From the NCBI GenBank assembly GCA_024137785.1, contig JAHRHZ010000133.1:12756620-12820619 (forward strand): a stretch of DNA of 64,000 nt. Reading direction: 5' to 3'. A program made the position numbers and the translations under genes. Shown here in pieces: positions 1 to 12,961 of this stretch. Positions within the stretch are counted from its first letter, which is position 1; every line of letters begins with the position of its first letter. Origin of the DNA: Ginglymostoma cirratum. Lineage: Eukaryota. The notes under the pieces are model-generated. The model was not told where the DNA came from and ran no database searches. It saw nothing but the letters and a program-made list of their open reading frames with translations.

Positions 1-330
1 GCCTACCATGAGGGACCTTGTCAAAAGCTTCAGTAAAGTCCATGTAGACAATATCTGTGGCCTTACCATCATCAATCATTTTCGTCACTTCCTCAATAAA
101 CTCAAACAAATTTGTGATACAAGACTGCCCCCACAAAAAGCCATGCTGACTATCCCTAATAAGTTCATTTCTTTCTTCTCTAAATGTCAGTAAATCCTGT
201 CCCTCAGAATTTTCCCAACACTGATATGAGACTCACTGGCCTATAACTTCATGGATTATGCTGTTTCCATTCTATATCAAAGGAACAACATTGGCTATTG
301 TCCCATCTTCTGGAACCTCACCATCTGCTG
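1..330 (-). mobile_element. CR1-type LINE, reverse transcriptase fragment (runs off the window start)
   Basis: Minus strand translates to IRDSQHGF..GQSCITNLFEFIEEVTKMIDDGKATDIVYMDFTEAFDKVPHGR, the canonical CR1 RT N-terminal motifs. Confidence 0.85.
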
Positions 331-624
331 TACATCCATGGTAAGCCTGGAGGCTCCTATAACTAATTTTGTTTCACTACTTCTTATGTTGTTTCCTATA
401 TGGACCCAGTTCCATTTTCTGATTTTTTCTGTTTCTATCATAGCTCTTTTTCCAATATTAAATTTCTAATTAGATACAAATGTTTTCTGTTTTACCTCGT
501 TCAAGGATTGTTCTCCATTATGTAAACAGCGGTCTGACCTGTGCCTGCCCCATTTCCTGTGCTTCCACGTGAAGCCTTGTCCTTTGCCCAGAAACATGAT
601 GGAGTTAGAATGATAGGAGATACG

Positions 625-1450
625 TGGCCAATTTTCCACATTGACAGATAGATGCCAGTGTTGTAACTGTATTGAAAAGTTTATCTAGAGATGCAGCTAG
701 TTGTGGAGCACAAGTCTTCAGTGATATGACTGAAATCTCGTCAGGGCCCATAGCCTTTGCAGTACCCAATGCCTTCAGCTGTTTCTTGATATCATATGAA
801 GTGAATTGAATTGAAAGCTGGCAGCTGTGATGTTAGGAACATGGGAGGAGGCTGAGATGGATCATCTACTTGACATTTCTGGCTGAAGATTGCTGCGAAT
901 GCTTCCGCCTTATTTTATACTGATGTGTTGGGCTCCACCATTGTTGAAGATGGGAATATTTATTTATTGGCCACCACCATTCACTGCTGGATGTGGCAGG
1001 TCTGCAGCGCTTAGATCTGTTCAATTGATTGTCAATTGCATGCTATTTCTGCTGTTTGACTTGCTGGAAGTTGTCTGTAGTAGCTTCATTAGGCTTACAC
1101 TACATTTTTAGGGATCCCTGGTGATTCTCTGACATGCCTTCTGCACTGGTCACTGAACCAACAGTGATTCCTCTGGCTTTTTAGTAATCATAGATTGGCA
1201 TATATGCTGGTACATGAAGTTACAGAGTGTGGCTGAAGATGATTCTGCTAACGATGATAGCTTGTTGATGGCCACAGCATGTCTGGAGTGCTCAGTTCTT
1301 GAGTTTTTAGATCTATTCAAAAGCTATTCCATTTAACAAGGTTATGATGCCACACATCATGAAGGGTACCCTCAATGTGAGCATAGGAAGTTCTACTCTA
1401 CTATGACCTTAAGGTGGTCATTCCAACTAATACAGCCAGGGACTGAAACA
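625..1450 (-). mobile_element. Decayed internal fragment of the CR1-group LINE family also seen at 18376-20172
   Basis: Colinear similarity to 19680-20170 (ggagcacaagtctt, cccatagc.tttgcagta, ggctgaagattg.tgc.aa, ctggatgtggcagg). Confidence 0.7.
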
Positions 1451-1699
1451 GAACCTAACTAACGTTATTCTTGTATTTCCTTAAGAGTGGAAGATGATGG
1501 GCTGATAATATTGAAGATTAAAGGAGTTGAAAGGCAAAAAATATTTCATCTGGTGAGCATGTCCCTCCATGAAAGATATTGCTCTGCCATTTCCACCACT
1601 TCAGTTGACGATGCCCTGCAATATACCTTCTCCTCCATTCCCCTTTCAGCATTCCAAAACCCCGGGCCACGCCTCAACCAATTGGTCAGACCACTTGGG

Positions 1700-1985
1700 G
1701 AAGCCCCTGCGCTGAGCTGCTGCAATGTAATGTTTATTTGGAATGTTTTTTATATCTGACTGTAATATCAATCCTTTGACTACGTATTATTTCTAACTTA
1801 TTCTTTAAACCCTGTAAAGTAATGCAACTACTTTTCCTTTTATTCTTCTTTTGTATCTAAGATTTGTACCTAGGTACTTTTCCCCAAGGTGGCACCATAA
1901 GAGGAGACATTGTAAAAATTTTCACTGTACTCCTGCACTTCTGTCCTGGGTTACACATGGCAATGAAGGATATTCTATTCTATTC
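1700..1985 (+). mobile_element. Rex1/Babar-like LINE 3' tail
   Basis: Ends ttttcactgtac...acacatggcaatgaagga(tattc)n; similar to the Rex1 tail at 47880-47930 and to 11654-11860. Confidence 0.45.
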
Positions 1986-2004
1986 ATGAATCCAATCCGC
2001 TAAT

Positions 2005-2160
2005 AACACCTCAAAGAGACCAGATACAATCTGCATGATCATTTTGCAGAGCACCTTCATTCAATCCTCAAATGTGACCCTGAGTTTCCAGTTCCTTATT
2101 CTCTTAATACTTTGCCCCTTCCCACACTGCCCATGGCCTCCTCATAGTCCTCCACTTCCT
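2005..2160 (+). mobile_element. Penelope-like element, GIY-YIG C-terminal fragment
   Basis: Degenerate ETRYNLHDHFAEHLHSILKCDPEFPV; resembles the Penelope ETKRRLGDRFAEHLRSV..PELPV pattern. Confidence 0.55.
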
Positions 2161-2194
2161 AAAAATAAAACACAGATGCTTTAATTTTGCTTTC

Positions 2195-2431
2195 ATGCAG
2201 TTCCTAAAGAAAGGCTTAAAAGTGACTTTCAGAGTCTCAGGACATTCCAAAGTACAACACGGCTGATGGAACAATTATTGAAGTATAGCCTTTATGGTAA
2301 TATTGCAAATGCATCAGCCAATCTGTGTACGGCAAGGCCCACAAATAGCCATTAGATAATGATCAAATAATTTATTTTTGATTCATATCAGTTCAGGATA
2401 AATATTGAGTTATTGGGAAGAAGCTCTCTGC
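2195..2431 (-). mobile_element. Deu-domain tRNA SINE (SacSINE1-like), 3' part, split by the Gypsy insertion
   Basis: Tail ctcaggacattccaaagt...gcatcagccaatctgtgtacggcaag; the element resumes after the TSD at 7799. Confidence 0.55.
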
Positions 2432-2663
2432 TGTAGTGATTGTAACAAAGTCAGCCAGATGGACCACATAGAATATGAGTTCCCTGATTGGGGCTGTTAA
2501 CCTGGACCAATCAGGGAGCCCTGGCTGACAGACATAAACAGGAGTGTCAGAGGTTCTGTTTACTCTGACAGCTGGCTCTGAGGGATCTGGATGTCAAGGA
2601 CTCTTCAAGTATAAATAAAGGGTGACTTGGCGACAGGATATCGGCCCCCGTGGACTTAGTTCA
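2432..2663 (+). repeat. 5' LTR of the Gypsy element; inverted CCAAT boxes and AATAAA
   Basis: tgtagtgattgtaac...ttagttca; contains tccctgattgg...ccaatcaggga and aaataaaggg. Confidence 0.9.
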
Positions 2664-2687
2664 GTGACGATGAGAGAAAAGCATGGT

Positions 2688-3632
2688 TTTTAGATGTGAA
2701 TAAAGGAGGTATGGTTAGTATGTTTACAGATGACACCAAAATGGATGGTGAAGAAGGTTACCTCAGAGTATAATAGGACCTTGAGGCATGCCAGATGGAG
2801 TTTAACCTAGATAAGTGTGAGATGTTACATTTTGTAGGACAAATCAGGGCAGAACCTATACCCTTAATGGTAAGGTTTTGGGGAAAGTTGCTGAACAAAG
2901 AGACCTTGGACTGTAGGTTCATAATTCCTTGAAAGTGGAGTTGGAAGTAGATAGTATAGTGAAGAAGGCATTTGGTACGCTTATTTATTGGTGGGTGTAT
3001 TGAGTATAGGAGTTGGGAGGTGATGTTAGGGCTTTACAGGACATTGATTAGGACGCTTTTGAAATACTCTATTTAATCCTGGTTTTCCTGCTATAGGAAA
3101 GATGTTGTAAAACCCCTGAAAGGGTTCAGAAAATATTGACAAGAATGTGGCCAGGGTTGGAGGGTTTGAGCTATAGGGAGAGGCTGAATAGGGTGGGGCT
3201 ATTTTCCCTGTGCCCCTCCGACACAGCCTCAGTGTCAGAGGCTGAGGGATGACCTTATACAGGTTTATAAAATCATGAGGGGCATGAATAGGGTAAATAG
3301 ACAAGGTCTTTTCCCCAGGGTGGGGGAGTCCAAAACAAGTTGGCATAGGTTTAAGGTAAGAGCGAAAAGATTTAAAAAGGATGCAAGGGACAACTTTTTC
3401 ATGCAGAGTGTGGTGCATGTATTGAGTGGACTGCCAGAAGAGGTGGTGGAGACTGGTATAATTACAACTTTTTAAAGGCTTCTGAAACTAGGTATGAAAC
3501 TAGGGAGGGTTTAGTTGGGTATGAGCCAAATACTGGCAAATGAGATCAGACTAATTTAGAATATCTGGTTGACATGGACAAGTTGGACTGAAGAGTCTGT
3601 TTCAGTCCTGTACATCTTTATGACTTTGTGAC
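2688..3632 (+). mobile_element. 5'-truncated CR1 (HER1-like) LINE nested just behind the Gypsy PBS
   Basis: LDVNKGGMVSMFTDDTK (FADD motif), RT C-terminus ..MRGMNRVNRQGLFPRVGESKT.., CR1 tail ending in atgact-like repeats. Confidence 0.9.
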
Positions 3633-3689
3633 TGTTGAAGAAATTCGATCGCAATATTGTCTTTAAGTTGGGGTAAATATTACTGGCTT

Positions 3690-6600
3690 CATGCCAGTAT
3701 TTGGGAAGCTTGACTCGTTCAATCCTGCTGTTGAACACTGGGTCCAGTATGTGGAAAGAATGCGTTACTTTTTATGGGTAAATGACACCAAGGCAGATGA
3801 AAAGCAATGAGTAATTCTCCTGACAGTTTGCAGACCCGCAGCTTTTTCAGTCATTTGGAGCCTAACTTTCCCTAATGCACCAGATACTAAAACCTATCAA
3901 GAATTGACGGATTTAGTTAGCCTCTTCTAATTCTGAGATGCTATTGGTTTTACTTGGCCATTCAAGAGCCAGGGGAATCTGCATCAGGATGTTTGATGAG
4001 GTTAAGATGACTGGCAGGGGCATGCGACTTTGGTTTAACCCTAATGGAATGCTGAGAGACCACTTGGCATTTGGGATTGATGATGTAACTGTGCAAAAGC
4101 CCGTACTAGTTGAACCCCAACTGGTCTTCAAATAGGCACTGCAACTGGTTTTATCATTGTAAAATTCAGCAAGTGAAGTATATAGGGCATTCCAATGGAA
4201 GTGGACACCCTCGCGAGTCCAAATAAGCTTGGGGAACTCCACGTGTATGAAAGTAATTGCATAGCCCCACTCAGGACATATCCTGAAAAGAGGGATTCTA
4301 AGTCGGTCCACAGCAAAATCTCAACATAAAGTCAAGCCTCAGCCAAATGGTTAACATTTTTTTTCAGCATCTGAGCCAGCAAGCCATCGCGGTTGCTGTG
4401 GATTCCAGTCAGCTAAAGAGTCAAATGGAATCAAGGAACTCATAGGCTGGTATCCAGGAGAGTGCACGCCCTGGAAAGTTCTCCTACATCTGGTTTGGAA
4501 CAGTCAAGACGTTCAAATTAGAACCGATTAAAATAAAAGACTGGTTAAATGGTCACCCGGATATAAAGGAGGTCGATACCAGCGCGGCTGTTTCAGTGAT
4601 CGCAGAACCAGTCTTTAATGAAATTTGCACTGGACTCCAACCCTTGAATTTGCGCAAGATCTTGGCTAGCCTGAGAACCTATACCGGGCAGACTTTACAG
4701 GTTAAGGGTACAACAGTCTCTTTTGAGAAGCAGCTGGTTCAGTTACCACTGTTTGTAGTAAAAGGCTTGGGCCTAAGCTTGATGGGGCAGAATTGGTTGA
4801 GAAAGATTCATCTAAATTGGCTCAACATTTTTCGATTAGAAAATGGCTGCCTGAATGAAGTTCTAATTAAATACACAGAACTTTTTCAGTAAAGTCGAGG
4901 GTCTATCAAAGGAGCCAAGCCCGCCTTGCATGTTGACCAGGAAGCAATTCAATGATAACTGCATGGCCTGCCTAATGACATTTGCCTTATGAGCAAAAGT
5001 AAAGGCAGAAATCAGGAGGCTGGAAAGCGAAGGAATCATCAAACCGGTCCAATTTGAGGAATGGGCAGCACTGGTCGTACCGATTGTGAAGTCCAATGGG
5101 TTGGTTCACCTTTGTGGGGATTTTAAACAAATGGTAAACCCCTTTTTGCAAATACCCAAACCCTTGTGTAGAGGATTTATATGCAAAACTGGCAGGACGG
5201 CTGTCCTTCACAAAGCTGGACATGAGCCATGCGTACTTGCAATTATGATTAGATGAGGATTCCTCGAAGTGTGCTCCAATTAATACCCATAAGAGTTTGC
5301 ACCGATATATGAGACTGCCATTTGGGGTATCATCAGCCTATGCAATTTTCCAGAGGACAATGGAGAACTGTTTACAAAGTCTAACCCAGGTCACAAGATA
5401 ACGTGCTAATTACCAATAAGGAGCACTTAGAGAACCTGGACATAATCCTTAGATGTTTCTCCCAGGCAGGTGTATGCCTTAGAAGGAAAAAATGTATGTT
5501 CCAGGCATCCCAAGTGACCTACTTGGGCTACAATGTCGATAAGACTGGGTTACATGCATTAGAAGATAAAGTGTGGGCAATCAAAGGTGACCTGACTTCC
5601 ACTTCTGTACCAGAGCCTTGGTCTTTCCTTGGCCTGGTGAACTATTACAGAAAGTTCATACATAACCTGGTGTCCATCCTGGCACCTTTGCATCAACTCT
5701 TAATAAAGGGTCAACGTTGGAAATGTCTACATAGCCAACCATAGCCTTCAGGGAAGTGAAGAAACAGCTATCATCATCTAAAGTACATTGTAATCCCAAG
5801 TGAGATCTGATATGGACATGCGATGCCTTCCCACGTAGCATTGTGGTCAGATGAGCTCATAGGTGGCCCAATGGAGAGGAATACCCAATAGCGTATGCAT
5901 CCAGGACTTGGTCAAATGCAGAGCGTAAATTTGCTCAGATAGAGAAGGAAGGTTTGGTGGTATTATTTAGAGTCAGGAAGTTCCACCAATACCTTTACCG
6001 ATGTAAATTTGTAGTAATAACAGACCACAAACCCCTGCTAGGTCTGCTTAAAGAGGACAAGGCAGTGCTACTCATAGCTTCAGGCTGGAATCAGTGGTGG
6101 GCTCTAATACTTGTGCGTATAATTACAAGTTGGAACACAGTCCGGGAGGCTAAGTAGCAAATGCAGATGCATTGAGCTGCCTCCCACCAGCAGATACATC
6201 ACCAATGGTACCACCATTGGAAGCGTCCGTAATGGTTTTAAATTTACTTGACACACTTTTAGCCACAGCTGACAATATCCAACTTCGGAAGTGGAAAGAT
6301 CCAGTCTTGGTAAAACTAAAACAGTTGGTGGTGATGGGCTAAACCAACTGGCCGCCACAACTAGAATAGAAAATTTTTTGGAGCCGGATAGACCAGACCA
6401 TCATAGACGATGGCATTTTATTATGGGGATCAAGAGTGATTGTCCTGAACTAAGGTCACCACCAGACACTGTGTTTCCAAAATGAAGATGTTGGCGAGAA
6501 GTTGTGTCTGATGGCCAGAATTGGATTTCGACAGACCTGCGTTGGTGGGCAACTCCCAGAGTGTCAACAAGGACAAAAATTACCACCAGGAACTCCCCCA

Positions 6601-7300
6601 CATTCTTTGGGATGGCTGAGTAAAGCCTGGGCTTAGTTATATGCCAGCTACGCAGTCCTTTCATGAGTTCAATGTTCTTTGTCAATGTGGGCGCCTACTC
6701 AAAATGGCTGGACTTGCATAGAGTTCATTCATCAAATACGAGGACGGCAATAGATAACTGTGTGATCTTTTGCAATACATTGAGTCCCAGAAGTATTTGT
6801 CATAGATAATAGGGCCATCGTTTACCAGCAGAGAATTCAAGTATTTCCAAATTGACAGTTCCATACTATCCGTCGTCTAATGGTCTGGCAGAAATAACAG
6901 TCTAAACTTTGAAGGTTGGCTTAAAGAAGCAGCTTACAACTTCACTAGATACCAAATTGTCCTAGTTCTGATTTGATTGTAGGATAACCCTTTGTGCAAC
7001 TATAGGGATAGCTCCAGCTCCAGCAGATTTGCTAATGGGGAGAAGACTCCACACCAGGTTAAATCTGATCTTCCTGGATCTGGCGGGGGGAAGGTAAAAC
7101 AGCATCAGAATTGGAAACAAGACACCACTAAGTGAGAGAGACAGTTTAATTCAGGGGATGAAGTTTAGTGTAGGAACATAGGAGTGGTCCTGCATAGGTA
7201 AGAGCCATGAACGATGCGAGAACAGGTCCAGTGCTGTATAAAATTCGGGTAGGTATGATGGTCCTGAACAAGCACGTGGATGATATGAAAGCTGCAAACT
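3690..7300 (+). pseudogene. Gypsy gag-pol, frameshifted with multiple stops
   Basis: gag start MPVFGKLDSFNPAVEHWVQYVERMRYF; protease EVDTSAAVSVI (~4570); RT/connection ..SFLGLVNYYRKFI; RNase H ..KFVVITDHKPLLGLL; integrase DN.GPSFTS (~6806). Confidence 0.9.
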
Positions 7301-7599
7301 TCCAAACGGTGCGGGAGCAAAATGTGCCTGGCTCCTCGACAGCCTTTCCGACTGTTTTGGAACCTGAACATCCTCCCTCTCCCTCAAGCTTTGAAGTTAC
7401 CTCGGAACCTGCGATGGCTGCATAAAGAGAGAATGAATTTATTCCGAGATGCTCTGGATGCAGGAGGCGAGCCACTGTGCATTACATGCCACCCGTATCA
7501 AAGGCAGAGTTGGAGGAACCTGACCCGGTGCTTAAATGCCCCACGAGGAGCAACAAAAAAAAAAATCCAGCTTACATCTTTGGACTCAGGAGGGTGAGA

Positions 7600-7798
7600 T
7601 GTCGTGATTGTACGAGTATGAGTCCCCCGATTGAGGCTGTTAATTTGTTCCGATCATACGTTAAAAGATCAGGAGTGTCAGACATCCTGCTCACCCTGAG
7701 ATCTAGTTCTGAGGGAGCTGGATCAGTGTCAAGGACACTCCATGTGTAAATAAAGGGTGACTTGGTGACGGGATACCAGCCTCTGTGGAGTTATTTCA
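7600..7798 (+). repeat. 3' LTR of the Gypsy element
   Basis: tgtcgtgattgtac...ggagttatttca; homologous to 2432-2663 with small deletions. Confidence 0.9.
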
Positions 7799-7962
7799 TC
7801 TGCTATTCTTTACTCTGAGAATTTTCACATCCATCTGAGATAGCAGAATCTCATTAGAAGGATGGTACAGCCTAGATGTCATATGCATGTCTTCGGAATG
7901 GCACCTGAACTGTCAGCCTTCTGACTCAGACACTAGAATTCACCTAGTGAGCCAAAGTTGAC
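7799..7962 (-). mobile_element. Deu-domain SINE, 5' part with tRNA-like head
   Basis: Minus strand reads tggctcactaggtg...ctgagtcagaagg...gttcaggtgcc; continues 2195-2431. Confidence 0.55.
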
Positions 7963-9193
7963 GCATGAATTCTCACCCGAGTCTCTTCGACACAACTCCC
8001 ACACATAACACAATGTACAGCTGGCCTCTTTAACTCTGCTCGCGTTCACCTCCTAGCTCCTAACTTGAATTCTGCACTGTCTGCTAAGAAATGAGAATGA
8101 ATAGCTAGTATTGACTTGCTCTTTAATTTTCCCTCCAATTTGCAGAAAATATTGTTTCCTTTGCTCTGCACGTCAACCCAAACATAAGTGTGGTGGAAAA
8201 TCTGTGGTTAATAGCTGGAAATGTTAAATCTGCTACTTTGTATCACAATGGAATACTATATCATTGCACTGTACCGTTGACTGCTTTACACAAAATAAGG
8301 TTGTCAAATAATTCAACGTCAAGTCATAATTAAATAATGCTGATCACACATCATTTCTTTCAAAAATGAATGTATTTAAGGTTTGTAACATGAACTAAAA
8401 AGATGTTGACAGCATAACAATGAATGAGGAGTATGCATTGCCAAATTGTGCAGCTTCCCCTTTGTCATTTAATCTTGGACTCTGATTCCAATAAAACCAA
8501 TAACTATAGAGATGTAACCAGCCTAAAATTACAGTGTGCTGCGTTTGGCAAAGCCTTTGAAATAGTTGAAAAATGTCAGCTTGGATTTTTCGTCACAATG
8601 GAGTGGCTGTCTCAAATTACGAAAATGGCAGATGAGCCTGGAAATCAGTGGTTTTGCCCTGAGCACAGCACTTCCTATTTTTGTGGGCAGAAATGGGTCA
8701 CTTCTGGATTCAAACACGTGTGGTTCACAGAGGCATCTGGCCATTTAAATCATCAGCTAGTACCAGCCATGCGATTTTTGTTGACCAAGGGCATGAAACC
8801 CAAACTGTCTAGAGTATACTGAATAAGAACAGGACTGAATTTTGTGCACTTCTTTGGATAGCCAGGGTACCCCTGAGGAGAGGTAATGTATCCCTTTCAA
8901 TGTGATTCCTGGGCACCTTTGGTGGTGGTCTGGTGATGTTTGGGGAAAGGTTAGCTGCTTTTTTTTTTCAGCAGGTAACGTGCACTTTGGCATGGTTGAA
9001 AGTAAACGCATCAAATGCGCAGACACATTATTTGTAAAGCTCATTGGAAATGTTGACAGACCTGTCAATGTCAACTGGCAAGTGTCAAAAATATCTGTCA
9101 AGAAGATTGGTCAAAAATCTCAAGAGGACTTGTTAAGCAGAGCTGTTAGAAGTGCCAAGATGGCTTGTTGAAAGCATCTCTCAAGGCAAACTA

Positions 9194-9781
9194 GAGATAA
9201 CAAGCATGGGGCTGGATGAACACAGCAGGTCAAGCAGCATCATAGGAGCAGTGCTGCTTGACCTNNNNNNNNNNNNNNNNNNNNNNNNNNNNNNNNNNNN
9301 NNNNNNNNNNNNNNNNNNNNNNNNNNNNNNNNNNNNNNNNNNNNNNNNNNNNNNNNNNNNNNNNNNNNNNNNNNNNNNNNNNNNNNNNNNNNNNNNNNNN
9401 NNNNNNNNNNNNNNNNNNNNNNNNNNNNNNNNNNNNNNNNNNNNNNNNNNNNNNNNNNNNNNNNNNNNNNNNNNNNNNNNNNNNNNNNNNNNNNNNNNNN
9501 NNNNNNNNNNNNNNNNNNNNNNNNNNNNNNNNNNNNNNNNNNNNNNNNNNNNNNNNNNNNNNNNNNNNNNNNNNNNNNNNNNNNNNNNNNNNNNNNNNNN
9601 NNNNNNNNNNNNNNNNNNNNNNNNNNNNNNNNNNNNNNNNNNNNNNNNNNNNNNNNNNNNNNNNCTTCTTCAGGGTAGGCATCCTTAGAAGAGGCTTCGC
9701 AGTGCTGCTTGACCTGCTGTGTTCATCCAGCCCCATGCTTGTTATCTCTGATTCTCCAGCATCTGCAGTACCTTTTATCTC
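9194..9781. mobile_element. Penelope-like insertion with inverted termini, spanning a 400-N gap (9265-9664)
   Basis: Inverted pLTR arms 9194-9250 and 9700-9781; TSD tcaaggcaaacta at 9181-9193 and 9782-9794. Confidence 0.85.
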
Positions 9782-11653
9782 TCAAGGCAAACTATCAAGT
9801 TTTGAAAGTCTTTAAACATTTCTAAAAGTGCCTGAAGTGTGAAAAAATTATCTCGTCTTATTTCGCTCTGTTGACATAAGCCTGAGGGTTTTGATTACTG
9901 CTGCATGACTGATTTCACAATCAGCCATTAGTGTAGTAACGTACTTCCCAATTGACAAATTGATGATCAGGACCAAGTAGTTAAAGAATCTTTGAACTTG
10001 GACCAAAAATTAATTTAAGTGCTTGTGTTATAAGGGATTATGTACTTGAATGAAAAAATTTATTTCATACTGACTACATTTTTTGTTTTGGGGGGCCAGG
10101 AGGAGGCCGCAAAATGATTTGGAAATGAGTACAAGGATTCTGAATTTGTTTGATCTTGAATTCTGTTGCCAGAAAGGGGTGAAATGGATGTTGAACAGAA
10201 CAGGAGTAAAGAATGAGCAAAGCCTTGTGCAAAACAGTATTTAGGCAGTGAAGATTTAGACAAATATAGAGCTCCAGAGGTGGCAGTGAGGAAGTGAATC
10301 CAGAAGCAAAAAAAAGAAAGTCTCAGCAGCAGTACACAAATTCCAAATTGAATAAATTTACATGAATTTGAAGACTATAAAAAAGTTTTCTCAAGTGCTG
10401 TAGTATTCTATGATGGTGGCAGCCTGTATAATGCAGCATCTTTTTGCAACGAGCATGATTATCCTTACGGTTAATTATATCATGGCAAACATGTTCATCA
10501 TAAATCAACCTACTGCTTGAATTCCCTAAGGATTCTGTGATTCACCATTCTATCCTTCACCATTAGAGCAGGTGAACCTGTAACTCTGCTCTAGCTCCGT
10601 ATGGTTTAAAGGGAGATTCACCTCTTCAGTGGACCATTTAACATATTGGCTTTCTTTCAATGAGGTATTAAAGAAAAACATATCCAATGACTCTATTGTA
10701 ATAGAAACCTCCTGCAAAATGAATTGCCTCAGGTGTTAAGTCAAAATATGAAAAAGTTCGCTGTCACCCGCGTTCATAAAGATATGACATGTTATTTCTG
10801 CTTGCATGCCCCGGAACAAATATCCAATTGAGAAATCCTTTAACTTGATATTTGTGAATGCAGTCAGACGTCATCAGACAGGACACGGCCTTCACCATAA
10901 TCAAAATCAAATATACTTGTCACACCTTTAGGCTTTTCAAAATAATTGCTCTGTTGTCAATAACCCTGTGGTATATCTGACCTGTGTTAGCATTGACACC
11001 GTGATGGTGAAGCATCAGCCTAAGGGTTTCCTGGCAGATCAAGATGAAGGATTATGGCAGGATTTGTTGTCAGGGTTAAATAAAAGTTCATCTATGTGTG
11101 TGGGTGTATAGAACAAGGAACTGTTTGATCCCTCTTGGAGTCTTGTGCGACTACTTTTGACAAAGAGAGTGAAGAAAAAACTGACACAAATTGATAGTGA
11201 ATATCCCCCTGACTTGAATATGTCACTGAACACAAGGCCACAATCAAAAAGAGGGGAATGGAAATAAGGATTCACTGACTGGCCTCAGAAGTGAAACAAA
11301 TTGTCCAGTATTGCAGAGGGTGATGTTAGGGGTTAGAGGAGTTAGCTTGGGGGAGCTGGTGATAGTGCCAACAAGCACTATCAGCTTGAATTTGTGGGGT
11401 TGCTTAAACATGATTCTGAGTCTGATAACTCAGCGGGGATGGATGAAGCTCCCTCACACCCCTTTATACCAAGTCTATCGAGATGACAAAATTATCAATG
11501 AAATTCCTGCTATTCGAGTCCGTGCCCATGAAAATAAATTTTACCAATGCCTAACGCTTGCACCAATTATTAGCTGTCCTGATTGCCTTTACTTGCTCTC
11601 AGGATGCGGTAACCAGGGATGCACAGCATTCATTCCCACCCTTTGCTTCATTG

Positions 11654-11860
11654 AATTGAAATAACTTTATTGTCACATGTACTCAAATGAGTACAGTGAA
11701 AAGTTTACAAGTTGCCACTTACAGTGCCACCTTAGGGTCAAGCTATCTTGGTACAGATTCTCCAGTACAAGTTCTGAGGAAAAAAGACAGAAAAAAAAAT
11801 AAGAAGTCCAGCATTATAGATCACAGGAATGAATTACAAAATAGGGAATTTATGAAATAG
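11654..11860 (-). mobile_element. Rex1-like LINE 3' tail
   Basis: Plus strand tttattgtcacatgtactc...tacagtgaaaagttt is the reverse complement of the Rex1 tail motif. Confidence 0.55.
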
Positions 11861-11879
11861 AGAGAGAGAGAGAGATGAT

Positions 11880-12961
11880 ATCCTGTGGAGTAGATAAAGT
11901 TTGCCCTTGACGAGTATGCAAAATGCTTGATCAGTTAACAGGCAGAAAACAGGAAGTAGGAATAATTAGGTCATTCTCAAGTTGGCAAACTGTGATCAGT
12001 GGAATACCGTAAAGATCAATGCTTTAACCCTACCTGTTCACAGTCTGTATAAATAATTTGGATGTCAGCACCAATTGTAACATTTTCATATTTGCCTATT
12101 TCACAAAACAATGCCGTGAATATGAGTTGTGAGGAAGATGTAAAGAGGTTTCAAGGAGATTCAGACAGACTGGGTGAGTGAGCAAGAGTGCAGCAGATGG
12201 AATATAATGTGGATAAGTGTGAAATTAACCATAATTAATGATCAGATGAAAGGACGTGCACAGCATTTTCTTAAATATTGATTAAATTAGGAAGTGTTCC
12301 CTTGTTCATAAGTCACTGAAGCTACCTTGCTGGTGCAGCAAGCAATTCAGAAGATAAACAGCATGTTGGCCTTTATCACAAGGGGGTTTCAGCACAGGAA
12401 CAAAGTGCTCCTCCTTCAATTGCACAGAACATTTGTGAATCACACCTGGAGTTTTGTGTGATCTCTGGTCGGCTTTACAAAGAAAGGATGGGAGAATGCA
12501 ATGGACATTCACCAGACTGATTCCTGGTTTGTGGGATTAACCTATGATGAGGTACTGAAGGGATTAATCTGTCTTCTCTGGTATTTAGAACAATGACAGG
12601 CAATCTAGTAGAAACTTATAAATTCTTAAAAAGATAGACAAAATAGATTCAGAAGTGATTTCTTTCCCCTTGGCTATGGGGTCTAGAATCAGGGAGCACA
12701 ATCTCTGAATACAAGGCAAGCTGTTTAGGACTGAAATGAGGAAGAACGTCTTCACTCAAAACAGGGAGTCTTTGGAATTCTCTATCCTGGAGGGATGTGG
12801 AAGCTCATTAAATAAGTTCAAGGCAGGTATCAACCAATGGATTTCTATTGACAAATGAAATAATGCAGAATGTGGCATTGAGGTAGATGTTTAGTCATGG
12901 TCTAGAATGGCAGAGCAGGTTTGAGGGGCTAAATGGCCTGCTGCTGTCTCAAGTTCCTATG
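11880..12961 (+). mobile_element. Old CR1 LINE, 3' half
   Basis: Decayed RT (gcagatggaatataatgtggataagtgtgaa) and CR1 tail gcagagcaggtttgaggggctaaatggcctgct...ttcctatg. Confidence 0.85.

Larger units (their letters stand above)
2432..7798 (+). mobile_element. Full-length decayed Ty3/Gypsy LTR retrotransposon (short LTRs, probably Mag-like clade)
   Basis: TG..CA LTRs at 2432-2663 and 7600-7798; perfect 5-bp TSD TCTGC (2427-2431 and 7799-7803); PBS-like gtgacgatgag at 2664; PPT aggagggtgaga at 7588-7599; gag-PR-RT-RH-INT order. Confidence 0.95.

Noticed and set aside
9152-9815. Long ORFs containing X runs (also 49079-49627)
   Set aside because: Artefacts of the 400-N gaps.
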